From Phaeosaccion multiseriatum (Eukaryota; Protista; Ochrophyta, other classes), in the NCBI GenBank assembly GCA_965112735.1, contig OZ218965.1, positions 2,046,001 to 2,110,000 on the forward strand: 64,000 nucleotides of DNA, in the 5' to 3' direction. Under the pieces are notes generated by a model. It was not told the origin of the DNA. It was given only the letters and a program-made list of their open reading frames with translations, and did not search any database. Within the stretch, counting starts at the first letter, position 1. Each line of letters starts with the position of its first letter. The position numbers and the translations under genes were made by a program. Shown one piece after another: positions 49,424 through 60,436 of the stretch.

Positions 49424-50644
49424 GCAGCACGGCTGGTGGGCTACCTCGACTTCGTTGGATTGAGCAGCTACGAGAGTTGGGGTGTCGATTGGATTACTTT
49501 AGGTGACTTGCCCCGAGGGACACACGAGGGGCAAGACCAGGGAGAGCAGATGGCACTTCGTGCTCTCTATATACGGTATTATACGTTTATATGCCAATTG
49601 TGACGACGGGGGCTGAGCGAGCTTCGGAGAGAGAGGACAATGGGGTGCTGCAAGTCTCGTGGGGCCCAGCGCAGCGCAGGTGTACAGTGAGTCGGTCGGT
49701 CTGTGCTCACACATCCCCTCACAAGGGGGCGGATCATATGCATGCATCATGTGCACAGAGAGAGAGAGAGAGAGGCAGAGAGCAGAGAGCCTCACTAGCA
49801 CTCCATGGCCGAGGCCCCCCGTGTGCAGAGAGGACAAGTCGCTCAAGGACGCTGTGGGTGGACTCGGCTCGACGGGGGCCTTCCTCTGCTTGCTCAGCCC
49901 TCGGAGACTCCGTCCCTCCCTCCCTCCCTCCCGCCTGCCTGAGCGGGGGGTGTGGGTGTGTGGGCATGTGTGTGTGGGCGAGCCAGTCGGCTGATGGGTG
50001 TCCAAAGAGCTGCAGCACAGCACCGGGCACTGCATTGTATGTACATGAAAGCGGAAGCCCAAGCGGGTAGGGAGCCCTGCCTGTCTTCCACCACAACCAC
50101 CGAGTGAGTCGGTACTGCAGTGAGCACACGGGCCTGAGTGGGGCATGAGGAGGAGGTGGGGGGGGCATGACATCATCACATGCTCACATGCTCAGCCCCT
50201 CTCCTTGCCTCTCGCCTCTCCTTGGCTGGTGATGCGTCTCCTCTCCAGGAAAGAGGGGAGGAGGAGGGAGAGGGGCCACTAGAGAGTTGTCCGGCGGCGG
50301 GGAGGGGAAGCAGAAAGTAACGGCCCATATCCATACCCGCCAGTACGTAAGAATGGAAGATGCTTCGCTCGACATGGTGACTCGCATCTGCCGCCCTCGC
50401 CTTCGACGCTCAAAGGGCTGTTGCTGTATCACCAACTGCAGCTGCTGCAGCTCGCATCCGCCGCCCTCGCCTTCGATGCTCAAAAGGCTACTGCTGTATC
50501 ACCAACTGCTGTTGCTGCAGCTGCTGCCGTCGCCCTCGCTGCAAGCTGCACGCCTTCTTCCTCCCTTCAAGCAAAGACACGAGGGAGCAGCCGTAACCGC
50601 TACCTGTACGATAACCACCACCTCCCCTCCTCTAGTTTTGCGTT

Positions 50645-51106
50645 TCAGTTCTGGTCCGCCGCGCTGCCCCGGCCCTGGAAGAGCATTGTCTGCCACTTGT
50701 TTCGCCACGAACAGTCACCTCGCTGCCCCGCCGACTCCACCCCATCCCCGCCCTGGTACCCCACGAAGCAATCACAGATGCCGGTGGATTCGTCACAGAT
50801 ACCGTGTGCTGAGCACTCGAGATTGAGCTTGGTGCCTTGGATGTGCTGTGACACGTTGATGCTGCCCGGGGTGACTTGATCTGCCATGAAGAGGGCGCTG
50901 AAGTGTGGCACTGGGTGGAGTGTTGAGTTGGGAGAAAGAGGTTCAAGGCGACAGTGCCATGCGGTGGGGGTGTGGAGGGCAGGGGAGGAAGTGAGAAGGT
51001 GGAGGTGGGGGCAGTGAATGGCGAGGGGTAAGGGCGATGGAGAAGAGAGAGAGAGAGAGAACAGAGAGAGAAGAGAGAGAGAAGAGAGGGAGAGAGAGAT
51101 GAGATA

Positions 51107-51144
<38 letters not shown>

Positions 51145-51491
51145 AGAGAGAGAAGAGAGAGAAGAGAGACACAGAGAGGGAGGGAGAGAGAGATGAGATA
51201 GATGGAGAAAGAGAGTGAGAGGGGCGGTGAACTCGACTGCTGTCCGTCCTGCCCCTCAGTGGAGAAACAGCGCCGCCAAGCTCAGTTGCCCAGTCGTCAC
51301 ACAGGCGGGACGAGACCGGCTCCTGGGAGCGTAAGTCAGCAAAGTGAACACACACAGAGAGAGAGACACATACATACACGCGCACACACACACATATACA
51401 CACGCACACCCACACACACACACGCCCACATATACACACACGCACGGCGGTCCTCTCTTCCTCTCTCACTCACCCTCTCCCTTATCCCTCT

Positions 51492-51543
<52 letters not shown>

Positions 51544-54069
51544 CTCCCCCTCTCTCTCTCTCTCTCTCTTATCTCTCTCTCTCACTCACTCACCGAGGTT
51601 AGGCACATCCCCGTGCTCAGTGATGAACTCCACTGAAATGAAGTTGTCGGCGTTGGTGTCATTGCATGCCTCCGTGGAATTGCTGTTGTACCACACGGAC
51701 ACATCGTTGATACTGGGGCAGCAGTTGGTGATACAGCAGGGGAGGGGAGGGGAGGGCGATGGGCGGACGCTGAGGAGATGCTGTAGCCGTGCGGGTAGGC
51801 CAAGGTGGGCATCAAACGCACCACCAAGAAGGGGGTGGTCGCCTCGGCAACAAGACAAAACAACACCACCTCCTATCCTACGTAAGTACACTACGTAAGT
51901 ACACGTACCCGTTGAGGCTCTCCAGCGTGGCCTCCACGTCCTCCTTGCGTGCCCAGGGAACAATCTCGTCACTCATCTCCCCACGGAAGGAAAGCGTAAA
52001 TGCTCCGTACTCGCCGGAGCAGTTGACGTGCTGCACCTCGTTGACACCAGTGACTCGCCAGTCGTGTCCGAGGGGGCAGTGGGCCCTGGAGCAGTCAAAG
52101 CCTTGCCAGTCCGTGTCAGCGTAGGCGTAAGGACCACGGAACGTATCGGAGGTGCCGGAGAGGACGTTGTCCACGGCCATGGAGCGGTTGCACATACACG
52201 TCGCCAGCTGAGGAATTGGGGTTGGAAGGGAGTGGGTGGATAACAAGCGGGACATCAAAGAAGGGAGCAAAGCAGTGCATATGCCACATGTGAGGGTTGT
52301 AGGCGTGGCGTGGGCGAGTGGGCGGGGTGAGCGAAGGACAGCCAACAACAAGCCGACCGACACCCGGCGAGCGAGCGCAGATGCGTTGGTTGCCCGCTGA
52401 CCCAAACAAGAACAAAAGGGAAAGGAGGAGCTTTGCCATCTGCCTGCCTGGCGGCTTGCCTGCCTGCCTGCCTGCCTGCCTCACTCACTCACTCACTCAC
52501 TCACTCTCTTACTCACTTTGTCAGCGTCCCAGCTATCGTACGCGAAGACCGTGGCTAGGCCGTTCACCGTCGCGTTCTGGGACAGAGGCAGGGGCAGGGG
52601 GGAGGTCAGCTCCAGTCACATGGGCAGGACAGGGGAGCGTCAGCTCCTGTCATATGGGCAGGACAAGGGCAGGTCAGCTTCGTATGCGTAGAAGATCACG
52701 AGCCCCATCCTGCCGCTGCTCTCCTTGCCGCCGTGCAGGTAGGCAGGCAGGCAGGCAGGCAGGCAGGTAGCCGTCTCTCTCCTCTCCTCCTCCCTCCTCC
52801 TCCTCATCCTCCTCATCCTCCTCCTCCCCCTCCTTCTTCTCCTCCTCCTCCTCCTTCTCCTCATCCTCCTCCTCCTCCTCCTCCTCCTCCTCCTCCTTCT
52901 CCTTCTTCTTCTTCTTCTTCTTCTTCTTCTTCTTCTTCTTCTTCTTCTTCTTCTTCTTCTTCTCCTCCTCCCTCCTCTCTCCTCCTCCCTCCTCCTCCTC
53001 CTCCTCCTCCTCCCTCTCCCCTCCTCCTCCTCCTCCTCCTTCTCCTCCTCCTCCTCCTCCTCCTCCTCCTCTTCCTCCCCATCCTCCTCCTCCTCTTCCT
53101 CCTCCTCCTCATCCTCCTCCTCCTCCTCCTTCTCCTCCTCATCCTCCTCCTCCTCCTCCTCCTCCTCCTCCTCCTCCTCCTCCTCCTCCTCCTTCTCCTT
53201 CTTCTTCTTCTTCTTCTCCTCCTCCCTCCTCTCTCCTCCTCCGTCCTCCTCCCTCCTCCCTCCTCCCCCCCCCACTTACCCCCGCAAACTCTCTGATGGT
53301 GGCGCATTCTCCATGCTCGTTGCACTCGTCGGAGCAGCTCATGCGCGAGCACGCATTATCACCCGCGAAGTGTGTGTCGCACTCACACGTCCCTGTGGTG
53401 TAATCGCACAGCCCTCGGTCGGAGCAGAGCGAAGTTGTGGTGTGGGCGCTGCCGTTGATGGCCTCATCGAACCACGAAATACCCGAGGGACAGTCCAGGA
53501 AGTGGCAGGCGCTGCCGCTCGTGCCTATTGCCGGGGGGCGGTGACACATGTCAAGCAGGTGTCAAGCAGAGCCACACGTGTCAGGTGTGAGGTGTTGGGT
53601 TCCAAGCATTGAAGTGTCAGGCAATGCGTGTCAAGCATTCAGGGTCCAAGTGTCAGGCCATACATGTCAAGCCTTCAGGGTCCAAGTGTCAGGACAGGGA
53701 CTGCCAAAGGAGGGAGGCTTCCGACGGCACTCTGTTGGACCGGGAGGACAACGGGGAGGACAGGAGGGGGGTTTAAGTCACTCACCCTGCGTGCAGTTGT
53801 CGCAGCGCAGCGTGGTGGTGTTGCATGTTCCGTAACCGCTGCACAGCTGTTCCGTTTCAAACTCGCCCCACGCCGTCTTGGTGAGGGTGCAATTGGTGGG
53901 CGGGTCCCAGGGGTGCACATAGGCACAGTCTCCTCGGAAACCGGCCGCACCCTTGCCGTCCGACGAGAGGAACTTTTCGTAGCACATGCAGATGCCGTCG
54001 TCGTGACTGCAGAAACCCCTTCGCTCGGTCGCAGGAAGGATAGAAAGGAAGGAAGGAAAGAAGAGAATA

Positions 54070-54116
<47 letters not shown>

Positions 54117-55722
54117 AGCAGTTTGGGCAGGGTAGGAAGCAGCAAGAATGAGCACGACCACCTGTCAAATGACGTTGTTTTTGCTAGGCTGATACCGCCG
54201 GTTACATTCCGGTTACATCGCGGTTACATCAGCTCCTGTGCGAGGCGAGATCCCGACGGGAGAAGCAAACTGCACTCCGCCGCTCCCCACCCCCCACCCC
54301 AGCCTACCTGTTGCTGCACTCTGTCTCCACCTTGGTGCCAACAATACTGGCGACGCTCGGATTCAAAGTCGAGGTATCTCCATCATAAAACACCTCCACC
54401 GTTGGGCTGCCCGAGGACGAGGACAGTGAAGCGGCATCCACTGTGATGTTCCATACATCACCACGCTGCAGCAGGAAGTCAATGGTGGTGGTGGAGCCGG
54501 GCCCAGAGCACAGCTGCTCTGTCCCTGTGTGGAACTCCACACTCACCTGCAGGCAGGGGCCGGGTGGGGGGTGGAGGGTTGTGGGGTGGGTGGGCCTTTA
54601 GATTGGGTATCGGGAGGGAGGGAGGGAGGGAGGGAGGGAGGGAGGGAGGGAGGGAGGGAGGGAGGAAGGGAGGGAGGGAGAAGGGCACGCCTCCACGCCG
54701 CAAGAGTACCCCTCCCCCCCCCCCCGCACCTCTTGCACGGTGAAGAGCTGCTCCAGTCTAAACTTGACAAGCTCCGCGCTGGCATCCCACGGAATGTCCT
54801 CAGTGGTGTAGCCCAAGAACTCCAACCGCACGCTACCGGAGCACTCCCACGGACAGGTGCAGTCCAGCACCTGCGGCAGAGGCGTGTTGCATTGTGTTGG
54901 TGTGCATGGGTCGGAGGCGGTGTGTGTGCGTGTGCGTAGGTGTGCATGTATGGGGTGTGTGACGTGGAAGCGAGGGCAAGAAGATGCGAGATACGCAGGC
55001 AGGGACCTCGGCACTCAGTCCAGCAGTAAGTAATTAGGAACCCCCTCCCGCCCTGCCCTTCTCTGTCCTTTGGTCCCTCTCGGGGGGGAGGAGACTCAAT
55101 TACAGGCTCGTACCTGCCGCTCGTCCACTCCCACCTCATCTACCGGCCAAGGGTCCACACCCCACGGGCAGGTGAGGAGCGAGCAGTCGTATCCCTCCCA
55201 GCCTTCGTCGCACACACAACCCGTAATCTTGTCCGCATCCCACTCGTCGTACGTGTTTCCCTCGTACACAAGTTTGACAAAGTCAGCCTGCTGAGCAGCC
55301 TCCCTCATAGTGAGGCACCTCCCATTTCCGTTGCACACTCGCCCGGTGGCGTCGTCTGTCCCTGGACAGGTCACACGCTGACACGCCTCCCCAATGAACC
55401 CCTCCCTGCAGCTGCACACCCCCGTTTCGTAGTCACAGTAGCCCATATTGGAGCACGGCACATGACTCGCATGAGCCGTCCCGTTCGCCCAGGCGTAGTC
55501 TATCCAGGCGATGCCGGCGGGGCAGAGGCGCAGAGAGCAGTCCCCACCTCCCCAGCCCTCGTAGCAGGTGCAGTACTCCGAGCTGCCTGCGCAAATGCCG
55601 TGCCCGTTACACATGCTGGGGCAGCCGCCACCATAGGAAACCCTGTTCGTGGCGATGGCCCAGCTAGAATACAAGAAGGACAGCAGCACCACCACCACCA
55701 AGAGGGAGAGAGAGAGAGCCAT
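50645..55722 (-). CDS. Secreted EGF-like repeat protein of the SIG1/tubular-mastigoneme-like family, two tandem modules (~9 exons)
   Basis: Signal peptide; two copies of CP.G..W.D...AH...CS..G.CDY.TG.C.C ... WDADK...C.C ... G.DCS...CP.G.D ... E.Q..C ... GTK...ECS..G.C....G.C.C...DG...AG.RGDC. Exons approx 55722-55114, 54871-54731, 54546-54308, 54019-53787, 53525-53280, 52577-52518, 52208-51909, 51713-51594, 50880-50645. Confidence 0.85.
52790..53270. repeat. (CCT/CTT)n microsatellite, intronic
   Basis: Direct observation. Confidence 0.95.
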
Positions 55723-56233
55723 GTTTGGACTGTGAGATTGGGCGGTTGATTTAGGATATCCGTAAGTCAGGGAAAATCGGGCCTCTCGACTTTCAGACTT
55801 TTACTTCACATTCTCGCATTCTCGCATCCTCGCGGGGTGGATATAGTGCGAGCTTGAACAGCCAGGGTGGCCGGGAGATCTAAAGGGAAGAAGACGAAGG
55901 TCGACCAGGGAATAAAGGAGTGCTGGGGAGCTGGGCCGTAGAGAAAGCATCCGAAAGGTAGCAAGAAGCTCCCGCTTCAAGGCACCCCAATTGAGTTTGG
56001 AGGGGCCCTTAAATCTCCGGGGGCTGGCCGGGGAGGCGGAGGCGGGAGGCAGACGCGCTACTCTCTTCGGGAAGGAGGCGTGGTCCACTTGCTTCCACAG
56101 TGGCGAGGAGGGCAAGGGATGACTTCTTGACCGCTCCCTCTCGATCCCCCCCCCTATCCGACCTCCGAACTCATCAAGTGGTTATCGAGCAACACTCGGC
56201 CACACACTCGCCGTTGTGCACGCTTGACCAACC

Positions 56234-56592
56234 ATGGTGTTCGACGATACTGTGTACAAGCAGATGCTGTGGGCAGTGGAGGCCCAGCAGAGCGCGGCCA
56301 CCCTCCGCCAGGACAGGCAGTACGCCTTTGAGGCGCTCGAGGCCTTTAAGCAGCGCCAGGATTGCCGCGACTATGCCTTCTTCGTGCTCGCCAACGCCCG
56401 GCCCGAGCACTCTGATGGCGTGCGCCACTTCGCGCTGCACTGTCTGGAGCACTTTATGCGCGACAAGTGGGACGGACTCAATGCAGAAGAGAAGGTCGGC
56501 AGGGCAGTGGAGGGGGAGAGGGAAGTAGGAGGCCTTTCATTGGGCTCCTGCGGCCCCAAAAACGGATATCTCTCTCCCCCTCTCTCTCTCTC

Positions 56593-56642
<50 letters not shown>

Positions 56643-56961
56643 CATTACTTTCTCAATTGTCTGTCTCTCTCTCCTCCCTTTTTTCTCCCTCTCTCTCTCC
56701 TTCTTCAGGCCAACTACAAACAGGCCGCATGCCTCCTCCTGGTGGGCACGAAGGACATGCTCTCCGAGGCGGTGTTCGTGAAGGAGAAGATCGCCGCCCT
56801 CGTGGCTGACATCGCCAAGAGGGAGTTCCCGCAGCAGTGGGAGAACTTCCTGCAGGACATCATGGAGGTATGCGGCGGGCTGCTACAGACAGAAGTAGAT
56901 TGCTGCCCTTGCTTACGTAGTTACCTGCTGATAGCATCCCCTGTTTCTCGCCCCCCGCTGA

Positions 56962-57027
<66 letters not shown>

Positions 57028-60000
57028 TATTTCCCTCTCTCTATTTCTCTCTCTCTACCGGGTAGGTGTGGCGGCGCGGTCCTGCCCAGGCCGAGCTGTC
57101 CATCATGACCCTGACGGCTCTGGTGGAGGACTGCATGGATGCAGACTTCAACGCCAAGCTGCCCTCGGACAGGCGCAACAACATACTCAAGGGCTTCGCG
57201 GCGCACCTGCAGAGCTTGCTGGACTTCGTGTATGCATACCTCTCAGAGGTAGGGAGGGTGGGATGGAGGTGTATGGGTAGGGTAGGGTATATGATGGGGT
57301 AGGGCAGCGTAGGGTACAGGTATACGGGTGCATAAGGGGACTTCGTGTATGCATACCTCTCAGAGGTAGGGAGGGTGGGATGGAGGTGTATGGGTAGGGC
57401 AGGGTATGTGGTGGGGTAGGGCAGCGGAGGGTACAGGTATATGGGTGCATAAGGGGACTTCGTGTATGCATACCTCTCAGAGGTAGGGAGGGTGGGATGG
57501 AGGTGTATGGGTAGGGCAGGGTATGTGGTGGGGTAGGGCAGCGGAGGGTACAGGTATATGGGTGCATAAGGGGACTTCGTGTATGCATACCTCTCAGAGG
57601 TAGGGAGGGTGGGATGGAGGTGTATGGGTAGGGTAGGGTATGTGATGGGGTAGGGCAGCGTAGGGTACAGGTATATGGGTGCATAAGGGGACTTCGTGTA
57701 TGCATACCTCTCAGAGGTAGGGAGGGTGGGATGGAGGTGTATGGGTAGGGTAGGGTATGTGGTGGGGTAGGGCAGCGTAGGGTATAGGTATATGGGTGCA
57801 TAAGGGGACTTCGTGTATGCATACCTCTTCGAGTTGGGTAGGGTGGGGTAGAGGCGTATGGGTATGGTGGAGGTATAGGGGGTTCATGGGTGCTTGACTT
57901 CCGTGTAGGTATGCCTCTCAGAGGTAGGGTGGGGCAGGGTAGGGTAGGGTAGGATAGAGAAGACGTTGATATGCTAATGTCGATGTCGACATGCTAATCT
58001 CGATGGATACGCTCTGTGATGCGCAGGAGTGTCAGCGCTACAAGGCGCTCGGGGCCTCCCCAGGGGGGGGCGCCTCCCCCGGGGGGCAGGAGCTGGTGCT
58101 GCTCATCACCAAAACACTCACTCTGTTGCAGCGACTCGTGCCCTGGGCAGGCGACGAGAGACTCATCTCACAAGAGAGGGACTTTCTTCAGGTGAGGGCG
58201 CATGCGTGGGGAGGGGGGAGGGGGGGGCATACTGAAGAGCAGAGAGAGAGGGAAGGAGTTAAGTCAATGGGGGCGGCAGACGACAGACACGTGCAGCAAG
58301 AGCAAGGCGCACTCACTCACACACTTTGGAGCCGTACAGGACCTCAGAGTCGACGAGAAGAGTCACAGGGTCGGGGTTGGAGTGAGTGGGGAGTGAGGGC
58401 ACGCCACGATCAACGAGGAGGATGAGAGGAGAGACCCCGAGACGCCAACCCTTTCACCTGACGGACCATGGCCATCCTTGCCTATGGCCATCCATCCATT
58501 GCCATCCTTGCCCTCTGTCATCCGTCCATCCGCTGCCATGTTGAGGTGTTCATCTTGCTGCTGGGGGAGGCACCCCTACGCTTCGAGGCAATGCAGTGCC
58601 TGCGTGAGGTCACCTCCCTGCCTAAGCTCCAGCCCCGCACGGCCCTGCGGCTGTTGGAGCTGCTGCCTCCTGCAGTCAGCGACATGGCCAGGCGTATGGA
58701 GAGCGACGGCAGTCCGGGCAATGGCAGTCAGGGCAACAGCAGTGACAGTTTCAGTAACGGTAGTAACGGTCTGCTGGGCCTCGCCAGTGACGGAGTGCAT
58801 GTCAAGCCCGTGCTGCCCCACTTGTTGGTGCACTCTCTGCAGCTGTACCACAGCTGCGCGGGCTGTCTGTCCTCACTCCTGGCCAACAACTTGTCGGTCT
58901 TCACCAAGGAGAAGGAGGACAAGGCCGCCTTGCTGGACCCCAGCGGCCCTGCTGCCTCTGTGCTGGGACGCTTCCTCGTGTGCCTCGCTGCGGTGGCGGC
59001 GCTTCCCTCTCAGCGCCTGGCGGAGATCGCACTGCCCGTGTGGATGGCCGTACTGAGGTGAGCGAGTTAGACAAGAGGGGCACGAGTCTCTTGGAGAGGT
59101 AGGGTAGAATAGAGGTGTATGGGCACGCAATGGTGTGTGACTGAAGCAGCTGTGTGCGTCTCTCGTCTCCTCTCGTCTCCTCTCGTCTCCTCTCTCCTTC
59201 TCCCCTCTTACTTCTCCCCTCTCCTCTCCCCTCTCCTCTCGTCTCCTCTCGTCTCCTCTCGTCTCCTCTCTTCTTCTCCCCTCTTACTTCTCCCCTCTCC
59301 TCTCCCCTCTCTTCTCCTATCCTCTCTCTCTCTCTCTCTCTCTCTCCTCTCTCTCCTCTCCTCTCTCCTTTCTCCTCTCCTCTCTCTATCCTCTCTTTGG
59401 CCCTCTCCTCCCCTCCCACAGGGACAACACTCTGGGCAAACTTCCCCTCACCGCTGCGCTGTGCCCCCGCCTGCTCTCCCTCTACGCTGCCAAGCTTGTC
59501 CGAATCCGCTGGAATGAGGACCCGGGGGGGGGCGGGGATGGCAGCAGAAGCGCAGAGCACACCGCCGAGTGTGAGGTAGCGGAGGAGGAGTTCTCAGACC
59601 TTGACGAATACAATGCTTTCTTCAGCATCTTCAGGTCCAGGGTGGGGGAGGTGAGAAAGCGAGGGAGGGAGGGAGGGAGGGAGGGAGGGAGGGGGGGAGG
59701 GGGGGCAGGCCATTGGAGGGTGTGGGTCTAGAGGGGGGGGGGAGTTAAACCGACGCAAGCAACCATTGGTCGGGTATAGAATTTGATCGGAAGGGGCTCT
59801 TCCTCACAGGCCTCGGATCTCTCTCTGTGTCCCCTCACAGCTGGCACGGCAGATCACCATCCGTCACCCTCTGCATGCAGTAACGGTGCTGACCACTCGC
59901 CTGACGGACATGCTTGCCAAGCACGGGGGCGGTTGGCAGGACCACTTAGACCAGAGAGGGCTCCCCACCAAGCAGGTGAGAAGGGGCGCCTGTAATAAGA

Positions 60001-60177
60001 GGAGGTGTATCTCTGTGGGTCTGTGGACAGAGGCCTTTAGAGGCCTTTTTGGGGCGGTTCTCTTCCCACTCCTACCCTTCCTGCCCCCTCCACAAGGGAG
60101 TGTGAGTTTCACGTGTCCGCCCTCCCTCCCTCTCCCTTGTGTGTGTGTGTGCGTGTGTGTGTGTGTGCGTGTGTGTG

Positions 60178-60250
<73 letters not shown>

Positions 60251-60255
60251 GTGCG

Positions 60256-60326
<71 letters not shown>

Positions 60327-60397
60327 GTGTGTGTGTGCGTGTGTGTGTGTGCGTGTGTGTGTGCGTGTGTGTGCGTGTGTACGTGTGTGTGTGTGTG

Positions 60398-60436
<39 letters not shown>

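Noticed and set aside
49500-50640. Possible extra gene between DUF1499 and the SIG1-like gene
   Set aside because: Short ORFs with no recognisable motif or consistent exon chain; includes a ~70-bp local duplication.
52640-52740. Candidate exon HGGKESSGRMGLVIFYAYEAD in the SIG1-like gene
   Set aside because: The exon at 52577-52518 (NATVNG...WDADK) supplies the conserved motif in phase.
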